A stretch of 64,000 nucleotides of DNA from an uncultured Thermoplasmata archaeon (GCA_963719945.1 CAVRDX010000004.1:128001-192000); one strand, 5' to 3'. Positions 29,046 to 40,380 are shown, numbered from the stretch's first letter. Numbers and translations are program-made. The notes: generated by a model not told the origin, from the sequence alone.

Positions 29046-29603
29046 ATGGGCTTGGACAAGGTAGTCGAGGACATCCTTCGCCGAGGCGAGGAGCAGAAGA
29101 GTGAGATAGTTCGCCATGGAGAACGCGAGCGGGATGAACAGCTGGCACAGACCAGTGCCATGATTGCTGAACACCGCAAGAAAGCGGAGCAGCGAGCCGA
29201 ATCCCTTATCGCACAGATGGAGCAGCAGGAGCTGTCCAGCGGGGAACTCGAGGCGAAGAAAGCACTCTTGGCGGCACAGATGCGCGTGATGGAGGAGCTG
29301 AGATCGCAAGTGCTGGTGGAGATCGGGAACTACCCTGAGGACAAGCGCAAGAAGCTATATGGGCGGCTCATGCAGAACGCCAAGAAGGAACTAGGGGACT
29401 GCTATGTGTACTCCAATTCCTCGGACAAGGCCCTCTTGAAGCCCATCGCGGGCGTGACCATTGGTGGTGTGATCGAGAGCAAGGGCGGCCTCGTCTTCGA
29501 GAGCAAGGACCGTAGCGTCAGACTCGACTACAGGTTCGAGAGCATTCTTGAGGGCGTGTGGAACAACAAGATACAGGAGATATACTCCAGCCTGTTCAGG
29601 TGA
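29046..29603 (+). CDS. atpE: A-type ATP synthase subunit E
   Basis: MGLDKVVEDI, GGLVFES.D..VRLDYRFESIL; operon position. Confidence 0.92.
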   Translation: MGLDKVVEDILRRGEEQKSEIVRHGERERDEQLAQTSAMIAEHRKKAEQRAESLIAQMEQQELSSGELEAKKALLAAQMRVMEELRSQVLVEIGNYPEDKRKKLYGRLMQNAKKELGDCYVYSNSSDKALLKPIAGVTIGGVIESKGGLVFESKDRSVRLDYRFESILEGVWNNKIQEIYSSLFR

Positions 29604-29611
29604 GATTGAAG

Positions 29612-30670
29612 ATGAGGATCTTCGGCGGGAAAGGGAACTATGCATATGCGTGCGCACGAGTGAAAGCGCGCAAGAGTTTCCTCCTATCGAAGGATACCTA
29701 CTCGCGGATGATGGTGATGGACATACACGAGATCGGTCGGTTCCTCGGCGAGACCCAATACAGGGATGAGATGTCCCTGTATGGTGGCAAGTACTATGAT
29801 GCCAACCTCGTCGAAGTCGCGGTGACGAGGAGCCTGGCTAGCAGTTATTCTGACGTACTCGCGTTCACTACTGGGCACCTGCGTGAGATGGTCGGCAACT
29901 ATCTGAGACGATGGGATACATTCAACGTGAAGACAATTCTGAGAGGAAAGGTGTCAAAAGCGAGCAACGATGAGATCATCGACACGCTTGTACCGGCGGG
30001 AGCCTTCTCCGAGGAGTATCTGAAGTCGCTAGTCGCGATGACCTCCCTTCAAGAGATCACCGACTCGCTCATGAAGCAGCCGGCCCTCAGGTTGACTTCC
30101 GAGATGCAGCGTGATGTCGTCGAATTGGGCAAACTCGCCCCGATGGAAGATCATCTTGACAAGATGCTCTACTATGACCTGCTCGACGTGATCGAACCGA
30201 CCAAGAACCCTGAGCGCCTGCTGAGGGACTTCATCCGGAGGGAGGTGGACATTACCAACCTCAAGGTCTTGTTGAAGCTCAAGGCCGAGCGGATACCCGA
30301 GGAGCGCATCCAGAAATATCTGATGCCTGGCGGATTCGAGTATGGTCTGGACAGACTCAAGGCACTCGCGCAGGGTGGAGACGTTTCGACGATAGTCGCA
30401 GAGTTGGAGAAATCCTCGATGTCCGAGGAGATCAGACCCGCCTTGGAACGATACAGGGCAGATCCGCGCATGTCCATGCTGACGATAGCGTTGGACAAGT
30501 CGTTGATTGGTCAGAGTGAGAAGTTCGCCCACTTCTATCCTCTATCCGTACTGCCGATTGTGAACTACATGATACGGAAGAAGGTGGAAGTGGACAATAT
30601 CAGGATAATCGCGAGAGGGAAGGCGAGCGGCCTCTCGAGCAAAGTGATCGAAGAGCTATTGGTGATGTGA
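29612..30670 (+). CDS. atpC: A-type ATP synthase subunit C
   Basis: YACARVKA, WDTFNVKTILR, EVDNIRIIARGK. Confidence 0.93.
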   Translation: MRIFGGKGNYAYACARVKARKSFLLSKDTYSRMMVMDIHEIGRFLGETQYRDEMSLYGGKYYDANLVEVAVTRSLASSYSDVLAFTTGHLREMVGNYLRRWDTFNVKTILRGKVSKASNDEIIDTLVPAGAFSEEYLKSLVAMTSLQEITDSLMKQPALRLTSEMQRDVVELGKLAPMEDHLDKMLYYDLLDVIEPTKNPERLLRDFIRREVDITNLKVLLKLKAERIPEERIQKYLMPGGFEYGLDRLKALAQGGDVSTIVAELEKSSMSEEIRPALERYRADPRMSMLTIALDKSLIGQSEKFAHFYPLSVLPIVNYMIRKKVEVDNIRIIARGKASGLSSKVIEELLVM

Positions 30671-30970
30671 ATGGAGATCGCAGTGGTAGGGTCTGAGGAA
30701 TTCGTCGTCGGCTTCAGACTCGCTGGGATAAGGATGGTGTACGGCGTGGAGTCCGACAAGTTGCAGGAGACGATATTGCAGCTGTTGGACGAGAAGAGCG
30801 TCGGTATACTCGCAGTCAACTCGAAGGATGTCGAGAAACTGCCTCAGCCATTGCGCGACAGGATGATGGCTAGCGTTGATCCAGTGGTCATCCCAGTCGG
30901 CGAGGAAGAAGGCGACATGAGAGACAAGATCCGAAGGGCGATGGGTATCGACCTTTACAAGACGAAGTGA
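30671..30970 (+). CDS. atpF: A-type ATP synthase subunit F
   Basis: IAVVG...VVGFRLAG, IRRAMGIDL. Confidence 0.95.
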   Translation: MEIAVVGSEEFVVGFRLAGIRMVYGVESDKLQETILQLLDEKSVGILAVNSKDVEKLPQPLRDRMMASVDPVVIPVGEEEGDMRDKIRRAMGIDLYKTK

Positions 30971-30976
30971 GAGGAA

Positions 30977-32722
30977 GTGTTCCGTATGTCGGATGAGATG
31001 AAAGGAAAGATCAGCAGAGTCGCAGGTCCCGTGGTGACTGCCGAGGGTATCTCGCCCAGGATGTACGACGTCGTGCTAGTCGGCGAGATGAAACTCATGG
31101 GCGAAGTCATCAAGCTCGTGGGCGATAAGACGGTCATCCAGGTCTACGAGGACACATCGGGCATCCGTCCTGGAGAGGAGGTCGTGGACACTGGCGCTCC
31201 TCTGCAGGTGGAGTTGGGCCCTGGCCTGTTGTCGAGCGTTTACGACGGGGTCCAGAGGCCGCTGCCTGTCCTTAGGGACAAGCAGGGCGATTTCGTATCT
31301 CGAGGAGTGACCGCTCCTGGTTTGGACCGCACGAAGAAATGGAAGTTCAAGCCGACCGTGAAGAAGGGCGACGACCTCCACGGCGGAATGATCGTTGGCG
31401 AGGTCCCTGAGGGGAACATCGTTCACAAGATCATGCTCCCTCCGAATGTGAACGGTAAAGTGGTCAAAATTTCCGAGGGGGATTTCACGATCGAGGAGGT
31501 CATCGGAGAGCTCGACTCCGGCCACAAGATCATGATGTTACAGAAGTGGGCGGTCAGGAAGTCGAGGCCATATATTGAGAAGCTCCTTCCGGACATCCCT
31601 CTCGTCACGGGTCAGAGAGTTCTGGACATGCTCTTCCCGCTGGCGAAGGGTGGAACTGCCGCCATCCCTGGCGGGTTCGGAACTGGAAAAACCGTCACTT
31701 CGCAGCAGCTGTCAAAATGGAGCGACGCTCAGATAGTGATATACGTCGGATGCGGCGAACGTGGGAATGAGATGACCGAGGTGCTTACGACCTTCCCTGA
31801 GCTCGAGGACCCGAAGAGTGGGAAACCCTTGATGGGCAGGACCGTCCTCATTGCGAACACATCGAACATGCCTGTCGCTGCACGAGAAGCATCGGTGTAC
31901 ACCGGCATCACGGTCGCCGAATACTACCGAGACATGGGATATGATGTCTCACTCATGGCGGATTCGACATCGAGATGGGCCGAGGCGATGAGAGAGATAT
32001 CTTCCAGGCTGGAGGAGATGCCCGGCGAAGAAGGATATCCTGCCTATCTCTCATCGAGGTTGTCAGAATTCTATGAGCGGTGCGGCCGTGTGAACACACT
32101 CGCAGGACCGACCGGGTCTATATCGGTCATAGGCGCAGTGTCTCCATCTGGCGGAGATTTCAGTGAGCCAGTCACCCAGAGCACCCTGAGGATCGTGAAG
32201 GTATTCTGGGCGCTCGATTCAAAGCTGAGGGAACGCAGACATTTCCCTGCAATCAACTGGCTGACTTCCTACAGCCTATACAGCCCCATCCTTGAAGAGT
32301 GGTACAGCCGCAATGTCGCTGAAGACTGGAATCCACTCAGGCTATGGGCCATGGACAATCTCCAGAAGGAATCAGAATTGCAGGAGATAGTCCAGCTGGT
32401 CGGATCGGATGCGCTGCCGGACGAGCAGAGACTGACGCTCGAGGTAGCGAGGATGATCCGAGAGTTCTTCCTCCAACAGAGTGCGTACCATGCGGTGGAC
32501 ACTTACAGTCCGTTGAGACGCCAATACGATTACATGAACGCGATCCGAAGATATTCGGACCTCGCGAAGAAGGCGCTGTCTCTCGAAGTGCCTTTGGAGA
32601 AGATCATCTCTCTCAAGGTCCGGTCGGACCTGGGCAAGCTGAAGTTCGAAGAGACGATCGACAAGGACCTGAAGTCGATCCTTGGTGAGATGGAAAAGCA
32701 ATTCTCGGAGCTGGGGGTGTGA
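30977..32722 (+). CDS. atpA: A-type ATP synthase subunit A (no intein)
   Basis: [32 protein letters not shown]. Confidence 0.98.
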   Translation: MFRMSDEMKGKISRVAGPVVTAEGISPRMYDVVLVGEMKLMGEVIKLVGDKTVIQVYEDTSGIRPGEEVVDTGAPLQVELGPGLLSSVYDGVQRPLPVLRDKQGDFVSRGVTAPGLDRTKKWKFKPTVKKGDDLHGGMIVGEVPEGNIVHKIMLPPNVNGKVVKISEGDFTIEEVIGELDSGHKIMMLQKWAVRKSRPYIEKLLPDIPLVTGQRVLDMLFPLAKGGTAAIPGGFGTGKTVTSQQLSKWSDAQIVIYVGCGERGNEMTEVLTTFPELEDPKSGKPLMGRTVLIANTSNMPVAAREASVYTGITVAEYYRDMGYDVSLMADSTSRWAEAMREISSRLEEMPGEEGYPAYLSSRLSEFYERCGRVNTLAGPTGSISVIGAVSPSGGDFSEPVTQSTLRIVKVFWALDSKLRERRHFPAINWLTSYSLYSPILEEWYSRNVAEDWNPLRLWAMDNLQKESELQEIVQLVGSDALPDEQRLTLEVARMIREFFLQQSAYHAVDTYSPLRRQYDYMNAIRRYSDLAKKALSLEVPLEKIISLKVRSDLGKLKFEETIDKDLKSILGEMEKQFSELGV

Positions 32723-32726
32723 TGTA

Positions 32727-34106
32727 ATGGTCAAGGAATACCACACGATAAGTCAGATAGCAGGGCCGCTGGTCTTCGTCAAGAAGACCGAGCCCATATC
32801 ATACGGTGAATTAGTTTCGATAAGCCTCCCGGACGGTTCTACCAAGAGGGGCCAGGTCCTCGACACATCGAACGAAGTGGTCGTCGTGCAGGTCTTCGAA
32901 GGCACAGGCGGAATCGACCGCGCGTCCGGCGTCAAATTCCTGGGAGAAACCGTCAAGATGCCGGTCTCCAAGGATATGCTCGGTAGGATCCTATCTGGCT
33001 CGGGGGACCCATTGGACAAAGGTCCGCCTATCATCCCCGAGAAGCGGCTTGAGATCATCGGCGCTGCGATCAATCCATATGCCAGGGACAACCCTCAGGA
33101 GTTCATTCAGACCGGTATCTCATCTATCGATGGCATGAACACCCTGGTCCGGGGACAGAAGTTGCCTATCTTCTCTGGCTCGGGTCTCCCGCACAACGAT
33201 ATCGCCCTGCAGATCGCGAGACAGGCCAAAGTGCTGGGTGAGAAAGAGGAGTTCGCAGTCGTCTTCGCAGCAATGGGTATAACGAGCGAAGAGGCACAGT
33301 TCTTCATGAAGGATTTCGAGAGGACAGGCGCGCTCAAGCGAGCGGTCGTGTTCCTCAACCTCGCGGATGACCCGGCGATCGAGAGGCTGCTCACGCCGAA
33401 GCTGGCTCTGACGACCGCGGAGTACCTCGCATTCGATCTCGGAATGCATGTGCTCGTCATCCTAACTGATATCACGAACTACTGCGAAGCGCTCAGACAG
33501 ATCGGTGCGGCTAGGGAGGAGGTCCCTGCCCGGAGAGGCTATCCAGGATACATGTACACCGATCTCGCGGGCATGTACGAGCGTGCAGGCAGGATCAAGG
33601 ACAAGAAAGGTTCGATCACGCAGTTTCCCATACTATCCATGCCGGGTGACGATATCACCCATCCAATACCTGATCTGACTGGATACATCACGGAAGGGCA
33701 GATAGTGGCTTCCAGAGAGCTGCACAGGCAGGGCATATACCCGCCCGTCGCAGTGGAGCGGTCGTTGTCCCGTCTGATGGGTCAAGGTATCGGGCCTGGT
33801 CGGACGAGGGAGGACCACCGAGCCGTATCGGATCAGCTCTATGCCGCCTATGCAGAGGGCAGGGATCTGAGAGGGCTTGTCGCAATCGTGGGGAAGGAGG
33901 CGTTGTCCGATAGGGACAGAAAGTTCCTGAACTTCGCGGAATCCTTCGAGGACAGGTTCATTCGTCAGGCGAAGGACGAGGACAGGACCATAGACCAGAC
34001 TCTTGACCTCGGCTGGGAACTGCTTTCGGTGCTCCCTATAGATTCCCTCACGAAGATCGACAGGAAGTTCATCGAGAAGTATCACCCAACGCACAAGAAG
34101 AAGTGA
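32727..34106 (+). CDS. atpB: A-type ATP synthase subunit B
   Basis: [40 protein letters not shown]. Confidence 0.98.
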   Translation: MVKEYHTISQIAGPLVFVKKTEPISYGELVSISLPDGSTKRGQVLDTSNEVVVVQVFEGTGGIDRASGVKFLGETVKMPVSKDMLGRILSGSGDPLDKGPPIIPEKRLEIIGAAINPYARDNPQEFIQTGISSIDGMNTLVRGQKLPIFSGSGLPHNDIALQIARQAKVLGEKEEFAVVFAAMGITSEEAQFFMKDFERTGALKRAVVFLNLADDPAIERLLTPKLALTTAEYLAFDLGMHVLVILTDITNYCEALRQIGAAREEVPARRGYPGYMYTDLAGMYERAGRIKDKKGSITQFPILSMPGDDITHPIPDLTGYITEGQIVASRELHRQGIYPPVAVERSLSRLMGQGIGPGRTREDHRAVSDQLYAAYAEGRDLRGLVAIVGKEALSDRDRKFLNFAESFEDRFIRQAKDEDRTIDQTLDLGWELLSVLPIDSLTKIDRKFIEKYHPTHKKK

Positions 34107-34112
34107 GTCAAG

Positions 34113-34754
34113 ATGGCCGTCAGAGAGATACAGCCTACCAGGTCGGAACTGCTCGAGACAACGAGAAAGATCAGGCTGACCAAGAACGGGCACAAGATAC
34201 TCAAGCTGAAGAGGGACGGCCTTATCCTGGAGTTCTTCAACATACTCGATCAGGCGAAGGATCTGAGGCAGGAGATCGCGAAGCTTTACAAGGTTGCGAA
34301 TGAGAAGATCGCCATCGCATCCGCGGTGGATGGCGTGATCGCGGTCCGGTCGGCAGCCTATGCACTCACGGTGCATCCGGAGATCCAGCTCCGCAGCAGG
34401 AACCTGATGGGGGTCGTGGTCCCCGAGATAAGATCATCCCGCATAGTCGCTCCGCTGGACGAGCGGGGCTACGGCATCATAGGGACCTCGCCACGGATCG
34501 ACGAGGCTGCGGATGCGTATGAGAAGCTGGTCGAGACGGTGGTGAAGGCGGCCGAACTCGAGACCACGATGAAGAAGCTCCTCGAAGAGATCGAGAGGAC
34601 GAAGAGACGAGTCAACGCTCTTGAATTCAAGGTCTTGCCGGAGCTGGAGGAGATCGAACGCTTCATCAGATTCAGACTGGAAGAGTTGGAGCGGGACAAC
34701 ATATTCCGTCTGAAGCGGATCAAGAACAAGACCGCTGCGAAGACCGAGGCGTGA
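34113..34754 (+). CDS. atpD: A-type ATP synthase subunit D
   Basis: PTRSEL, GHKILKLKRD, RTKRRVNALE, ERDNIFRLK. Confidence 0.96.
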   Translation: MAVREIQPTRSELLETTRKIRLTKNGHKILKLKRDGLILEFFNILDQAKDLRQEIAKLYKVANEKIAIASAVDGVIAVRSAAYALTVHPEIQLRSRNLMGVVVPEIRSSRIVAPLDERGYGIIGTSPRIDEAADAYEKLVETVVKAAELETTMKKLLEEIERTKRRVNALEFKVLPELEEIERFIRFRLEELERDNIFRLKRIKNKTAAKTEA

Positions 34755-34758
34755 GGAT

Positions 34759-34884
34759 TTGCGACTGTTCGATATATTACATGATAGGGCGAAACTCATC
34801 AAACTCTTCTACATCGCATTCTGGGTCAGTCTGGTGTTCCTGGGAATCGGTTACGGGATCATCATCATGGATCTGTTCGGCTAG
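34759..34884 (+). CDS. Unannotated 41-aa single-TM protein ending the ATP synthase operon
   Basis: TTG start 4 nt after the atpD stop; MRLFDILHDRAKLIKLFYIAFWVSLVFLGIGYGIIIMDLFG*; fills the gap to glnA exactly. Confidence 0.65.
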   Translation: MRLFDILHDRAKLIKLFYIAFWVSLVFLGIGYGIIIMDLFG

Positions 34885-36215
34885 AGCACCTTGAGATAGT
34901 TCTCGATCTCCCATCGCGTGACCTGGGTCCTGTAAGTGTCCCACTCTCTCTGCTTAATCACTATGAAGTGGTTGAACGCGTGCTCCCCGAGAGTATCCAT
35001 CATCAGTTCGCTCTTCTCGAAATAGCTCAGGGCATGGCCAAGGTTCGCGGGAAGAGATTCTATTCCATTCTTGTCGCGGTCCTTCTGCGACATCCCGTAG
35101 AGGTCCTTCTCGACCGGGTCCGGCGGATCCAGACCCTTCTTCATGCCGTCAAGGCCAGATGCCAGCATCACGGCGAACTGCAGGTACGGATTACCTGCGG
35201 GGTCTGGATTCCTCACCTCTATCCTTGTAGCCGCACCTCGTCCTGCGGGGACGCGGACCAGGGCACTCCTGTTCCTGTTGGCCCATGATATGTAGACGGG
35301 GGCCTCGAATCCTGGGACTATCCTCTTGTATGAATTGACCCACGAATTCAGGATCGCGCAGTTCTCCTTCGCGTGGTTCAGTATTCCAGCTATGTAATGG
35401 ATCATCGTCTTCGAGAGCTCGTTCTTCGCTTTGGGGTCGTAGAACGCGTTCTCGCCTTCGGTGGTGAATAGCGACTGATGCACATGCATCCCGCTTCCAT
35501 TCACACCGTACACTGGTTTCGGCATGAATGTCGCCCAGAGGTTGTGCTGCAGTGCGACGGTCTTGATGGCGTGTTTGAGCATCAGTATCCTGTCCGCTAT
35601 CGAGAGCGCATTGTCATACCTCAGGTCTATCTCGTGCTGTCCGGGCGAAACCTCGTGAGTCGTTCTCTCCACGTTGAACTTGAGGTGATCCAGATAGAGC
35701 GCGGTCTCCTTTCTGACGCGTTCTGCCTGGTCCAAAGGCAGCAGGTCGAAATATCCGCCATGGTCGGTGGGTGTGGTCGTGGGCTCACCATGATCATCCA
35801 GTTTGAATAGGAAGAACTCGAATTCAGGGCCGGTGTTGAATTCGAACCCAAGCTCCTTGGCCTTGTCCATCTGTCGTTGGAGTATGTATCTCGGGTCTCC
35901 TCTGAACCTCTTACCATCTATCGTGAATATGTCGCATATCATCCTGGCAGTCTTCATCCGTCCTTCTGTCCACGGGAATATCAGGAATGTGTCATGGTCC
36001 GGATGCGCTCTCATGTCGGACTCGTCGATCGTCGCATAGCCAACTATGGACGATCCATCAAACAATATCCCTTCGTCGAGCGCCCGTTCCATCCTGGCGA
36101 CCGGCACGGACATGCACTTGACGGTGCCCAAGATGTCCATGAACTGGAACTCTATGAACTCGACGTCCTCCTTCTCGACAATGCCGAGAAGCTCCTCCTT
36201 GGTAGGTTTCGCCAT
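34881..36215 (-). CDS. glnA: Glutamine synthetase type I
   Basis: FDGSSI, HEVSPGQHE, FMPKP..GVNGSGMH, NSYKRIVPGFEAP, NRSALVR, EVRNPD. Confidence 0.95.
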   Translation of the reverse strand: MAKPTKEELLGIVEKEDVEFIEFQFMDILGTVKCMSVPVARMERALDEGILFDGSSIVGYATIDESDMRAHPDHDTFLIFPWTEGRMKTARMICDIFTIDGKRFRGDPRYILQRQMDKAKELGFEFNTGPEFEFFLFKLDDHGEPTTTPTDHGGYFDLLPLDQAERVRKETALYLDHLKFNVERTTHEVSPGQHEIDLRYDNALSIADRILMLKHAIKTVALQHNLWATFMPKPVYGVNGSGMHVHQSLFTTEGENAFYDPKAKNELSKTMIHYIAGILNHAKENCAILNSWVNSYKRIVPGFEAPVYISWANRNRSALVRVPAGRGAATRIEVRNPDPAGNPYLQFAVMLASGLDGMKKGLDPPDPVEKDLYGMSQKDRDKNGIESLPANLGHALSYFEKSELMMDTLGEHAFNHFIVIKQREWDTYRTQVTRWEIENYLKVL

Positions 36216-36251
36216 ACCATCTCCTCCTAGGCTGTTGATATTCCATGCATC

Positions 36252-37682
36252 CTACTTGGTTCTACCCCTGCCTCTCTCCGATCGTCGGCCGTTCTCTTTA
36301 GGCTCAGGGTGATCGATGCCCATCTTGTCGAGCCACTTTCCCCGCTCGGCGAGTGCATGCAATGCTGTGATCCCTCTCTCAGGGACAGACATGACCGGTA
36401 TCCCTCTCGAGTCGAGATACTGTTCCGACTCCTGGTCGAATATGCCGGCAAAACACGCAACCGTCGGCTTGCCGCTCAGCTTCGATGTGATGGATATCCA
36501 TTTGGCTATCTGGAACAGGTTCGTCGCGGCCTGTCTCGCAGCTATGACCATGATCGCCTTGACCTCTGGTGCCTTGCCGACCGCGGTCAGGACCTTCGCA
36601 TATCTGGAAGTATCAGCGTCACCTATGATGTCGATCGGATTCCCCCAGCTCCAGGTCGGTGGGCAGGCCTTTCCAATATCCTGGAGCGTCTCGTCGGAAA
36701 GCTCTGCGAGTTTGAGATTCATGTCGTAAGCGAAATCCGTGGCGATCACTCCCATCCCACCGGCATTCGTCACTATCGCGATCCCCTCTCCTTTCATGGG
36801 TGGTTGGTTGGCAAGCGCCTGAGCGGCATCGAACAGTTCGAACATGGTCTTGGCCCTGTACACGCCCGTCTGCCTGAACGCTCCATCGTATGCGGAGTCT
36901 GAACCGGCCAGGGCACCAGTGTGCGATCTGGCTGCTCTCGCCCCTCTCTCGGTCCTCCCTGCCTTGAGGATCACGATAGGCTTCTTCTTGGAAGCTTTTT
37001 TGAGCGAGTCGAAGAGCGCGGGGCCGTCCCTTGTCGATTCCATGTACGCCGCGATGCAGGTGGTCTTCTTGTCCGATGCGAAGTAATCCACCAGATCCGA
37101 ATCTCCAACATCTGCCTTGTTTCCGGAACTGACGAAAGCCGAGAACCCAAGCATCTCCCTTACAGAGTATTCTATAGCTGCTGTGCAGAATGCGCCGCTC
37201 TGCGAGAAGAATGCTATCGGCCCCTTCAAAGGCGAGGTCCTTGCGAATGATGCGTTCATCTTGTGATGTGGAGAGATCACACCGAGGGAGTTTGGTCCCA
37301 CTATCCTCATCTTGTGCTTCTTGGATATTTTTAGGATGAGATCCTCTCTATCTCGTCCTTCCTGGTCGCCTTCTGAGAAGCCCGCGGATATCACAACCGC
37401 TCCTTTGACCTTCTTCCTCCCCGCCTGCTCAAGAACGTCTGGGACTATCTTCGCTGGGACGACGACGATGGCGAGGTCCACTCCATCTGGGCAATCTGTT
37501 ATCTTCGGATAACACGGCATCCCAAGGATCTCGTCATAGTTCGGGTTCACGAAGTGTATCTTGCCATCGTATCCCTCTCCGTAGAGGTTCTCTATTACGA
37601 TGTTACCTACCTTTCCCGGGGTCGGGGTGGCACCTATCACCGCGACCGATTTCGGCTTGAAGAAAACCTCTAGCTCTCGCAT
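36252..37682 (-). CDS. acdA: Acyl-CoA synthetase (ADP-forming) alpha subunit
   Basis: SVAVIGA, GPNSLG, SQSGA, SHTGA (phospho-His), TNAGG, NPIDI. Confidence 0.9.
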   Translation of the reverse strand: MRELEVFFKPKSVAVIGATPTPGKVGNIVIENLYGEGYDGKIHFVNPNYDEILGMPCYPKITDCPDGVDLAIVVVPAKIVPDVLEQAGRKKVKGAVVISAGFSEGDQEGRDREDLILKISKKHKMRIVGPNSLGVISPHHKMNASFARTSPLKGPIAFFSQSGAFCTAAIEYSVREMLGFSAFVSSGNKADVGDSDLVDYFASDKKTTCIAAYMESTRDGPALFDSLKKASKKKPIVILKAGRTERGARAARSHTGALAGSDSAYDGAFRQTGVYRAKTMFELFDAAQALANQPPMKGEGIAIVTNAGGMGVIATDFAYDMNLKLAELSDETLQDIGKACPPTWSWGNPIDIIGDADTSRYAKVLTAVGKAPEVKAIMVIAARQAATNLFQIAKWISITSKLSGKPTVACFAGIFDQESEQYLDSRGIPVMSVPERGITALHALAERGKWLDKMGIDHPEPKENGRRSERGRGRTK

Positions 37683-37730
37683 GAGTCTCAATCCTGCTCA
37701 CACGATATCATATATGCTCTCATAAAAGGT

Positions 37731-39191
37731 TCAGTGCGAGAAATCTTCGATCCATGATTCCCCTGTACCTAGGTTTATCATGGGCACTCTGGCGGGATCA
37801 GGGATCACGTTGTGCATTCTCTGGAACTCCGTCTGTGATTGCCATGTGGATGCGTTGATGAGTTTGATCCCTCGGTACTCCGAGACTCCGCACGAATGCA
37901 CGTGACCGGTCACGAATATATTCGGCACCTGGTCGATCACCATGTAGTCCTTCTGCTCTGGCGCGATTGCGGTGCGCTCGCCGTACACAGGGGCGAGATG
38001 CCTCCTCTTCAGCATTTCCTTCATTGCATCCAAGGGTGCGGAATAGGATAGGTTGGGCACACTAGCTATGAAATCATCCATGCTTCTGCCATGATATGCC
38101 AGGATCAAACGTCCTTCTATCTCCAGGTAGCATGGGTTTCCGGCGAACATCACTCTGGAGTCGAAGATGCTCTGGATCTCCTTTGATAGAGCCGGCTGAG
38201 GTTCGGCGAGGCGGACTGCGTCGTGGTTGCCAGGCATCATCACGATCTTGATCCAGTCCGGAATCGGTTCGATCAATTTCGACAATGCCTCGTATTGCGC
38301 AAAAACATCTTCTATGAGGAGTTCGTCCTCCTGACCCGGGTATATCCCGATGCCGTCGACGAGGTCTCCTGGCATCAGCATGTATTTTATCTTCTTCGCC
38401 GACGGATCCTTGTTAAGCCATTCGAGGAACCTGTTCCATTTCTCTGGCAGGAAAGTATCGCTGCCGACGTGGATATCCGAAACGAAAGCAACGACCGAAT
38501 CGGAACCGTTCGGGATCATCGCACTGTTCATGGGGACGTCTGGTCTGATGATTTCCTTCGCGATTATTATCTCGCCATCTTTGCTGAACGAGCCGATAAC
38601 GCCGATCACCTCGTCCTTGAGGAAAGCTTCCCCAATCTTCCGAGAACCCTTCATGATGAGTATCTGGATCTTGTCCGCTTCATCTTCGAGTTCCAGGAGT
38701 GTGTGCCCGTTCTTGGTCGCCCTTATTTCGTTGACAATGCCCACTATCTTGATGTCCCTTTGAACCTTCTTCGCTCTGGATATCGAGACGATGCCTGCGA
38801 GCTCCCTTCTTCTATAGAGCATCTTACGTATTGCCGCATAACGGTCGTTGAACAGCTTAGCGAAGTCGATCACGTTGCCGACGCAAGTGGACTCCCCGGT
38901 TATGTCTCTGATAATGGTGACTTCTTCTCTCTTCACGTCTTTCTCGATTACTGCCGCTTTCTTCTTAGGTTCCGGCACCTTCTTCCCAGGTTCGATGATC
39001 GGTTTCTCGATCATGCATCGGGAATATTGCTCGACATCTTCCTTGGATAGTATGAGTGGTCTGTTATCCGGATCCTTCAAGATGTGCTTCGCGCAGCCAA
39101 TCGGATCAGACAATGTGCAGAGCAAATCCACAGCTGCAGGGTCGACAAGTATCCCGCCCTCCGTCAGCAGCTTCAGAATGCGCTTCTTCAT
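37731..39191 (-). CDS. polD1: DNA polymerase D small (proofreading) subunit DP1
   Basis: SDIHVGS, GDLVDGIGIYP, PGNHD, YHGRS, RRHLAP, GHVH. Confidence 0.96.
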   Translation of the reverse strand: MKKRILKLLTEGGILVDPAAVDLLCTLSDPIGCAKHILKDPDNRPLILSKEDVEQYSRCMIEKPIIEPGKKVPEPKKKAAVIEKDVKREEVTIIRDITGESTCVGNVIDFAKLFNDRYAAIRKMLYRRRELAGIVSISRAKKVQRDIKIVGIVNEIRATKNGHTLLELEDEADKIQILIMKGSRKIGEAFLKDEVIGVIGSFSKDGEIIIAKEIIRPDVPMNSAMIPNGSDSVVAFVSDIHVGSDTFLPEKWNRFLEWLNKDPSAKKIKYMLMPGDLVDGIGIYPGQEDELLIEDVFAQYEALSKLIEPIPDWIKIVMMPGNHDAVRLAEPQPALSKEIQSIFDSRVMFAGNPCYLEIEGRLILAYHGRSMDDFIASVPNLSYSAPLDAMKEMLKRRHLAPVYGERTAIAPEQKDYMVIDQVPNIFVTGHVHSCGVSEYRGIKLINASTWQSQTEFQRMHNVIPDPARVPMINLGTGESWIEDFSH

Positions 39192-39247
39192 CTCGGCAAA
39201 CCTAGCGCGGACGTCTTTAAATATCTTTTCGAGCATGGTCAGACATC

Positions 39248-39625
39248 ATGGATGCAAGGGTAGTGGCCAGATGCTATCCAACTGAGGACCGGTCGAAGGT
39301 GATTCAGGCCATTCTCTCCATATTCCCTGATGCAGTCATCGAAGGCGATGATGAGATCGTAGCGAGAACCTCTTCGCTGGAGCATTTCGCCGAATTGTTG
39401 CAGAAGCAGAGGATACGATCAGCCGCTCGGTCAGCACTAAGGCGGAGCATGATGCCCGGCTCCATTCAGTTCAATCTCAACAAGCAGGTTGCCACGGTCG
39501 GCAAGATATCATTCTCTGAAGAGAGTCGGCCATTAGGTGACATCGCGGTCGAGATATTGTGTGAGGATCCCGAAGGACTCATCGATTCTATCGCCCCGCT
39601 CCCTGCAAAGGAGGGGTCGGAATGA
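39248..39625 (+). CDS. DUF54/COG1931 putative RNA-binding protein
   Basis: YPTED..KV.AI..IFP, QRIR..AR, LNKQ.A. Confidence 0.8.
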   Translation: MDARVVARCYPTEDRSKVIQAILSIFPDAVIEGDDEIVARTSSLEHFAELLQKQRIRSAARSALRRSMMPGSIQFNLNKQVATVGKISFSEESRPLGDIAVEILCEDPEGLIDSIAPLPAKEGSE

Positions 39626-40380
39626 TCGGCATCGCCTCTCCGGCTTTCTGCGCAAAACCGTTCGATGAGATCTTGGCGGCTATCTCCGAACACTTCCAAC
39701 TCTGGGAGATACTCCCGGAAGGCGAGCATCATCTGAACCAGGTCATGAAAGGAATAGTGTACGGTAGAGATTCATTGGGTTTGAAGTTCCAGATCCATGC
39801 GCCAATGACCGATGTGAACATCGGTAGCGTCTATGAGCCGATGAGACAGGCGGCATTGAAGGAGATACGAAATGTCATATCGGCCTGCAGGGGACTGGAT
39901 ATTCGGCTCGTTACCATCCACCCTGGTTTTGTCAATGGCATCGCTTTCCTGGACCGATCGAAGGTGTTGGATGCCACAAAGAGGTCAGTCCGCGAGCTGG
40001 CCCCGTTCGCCGCGGATAATTCTGTTCAGCTGGCTCTCGAGAACATGCCTGCGAACATCAATGCGACGTGCACAAGCGCGTCAGACCTGATCGAAGCTGT
40101 CCAGGGGACCGGCGTCGGCCTGTGCTTCGACATGGGCCATGCGAACACCTCGAATCAGCTGGATGAGATGCTAAGCCACAAATCGGAATTCAAAAACATC
40201 CATCTCCACAATAACGAGGGACAGTGGGACCAACACAACAGGGTCGATGACGGCACCGCTGATCTGGATCGTGTTCTCAAAGCTTTGAAAGGTTCTTACG
40301 AAGGCAATCTGATCATCGAGGCGACCAGTCTTGATGAAGGGGTCGAGAGCAAGAGGATATTGGAGGATCGACTAGAGTAG
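39622..40380 (+). CDS. Sugar phosphate isomerase/epimerase-family TIM-barrel protein
   Basis: IHAP, IHPG, LENMP, FDMGH, HLHNN...DQH. Confidence 0.85.
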   Translation: MIGIASPAFCAKPFDEILAAISEHFQLWEILPEGEHHLNQVMKGIVYGRDSLGLKFQIHAPMTDVNIGSVYEPMRQAALKEIRNVISACRGLDIRLVTIHPGFVNGIAFLDRSKVLDATKRSVRELAPFAADNSVQLALENMPANINATCTSASDLIEAVQGTGVGLCFDMGHANTSNQLDEMLSHKSEFKNIHLHNNEGQWDQHNRVDDGTADLDRVLKALKGSYEGNLIIEATSLDEGVESKRILEDRLE

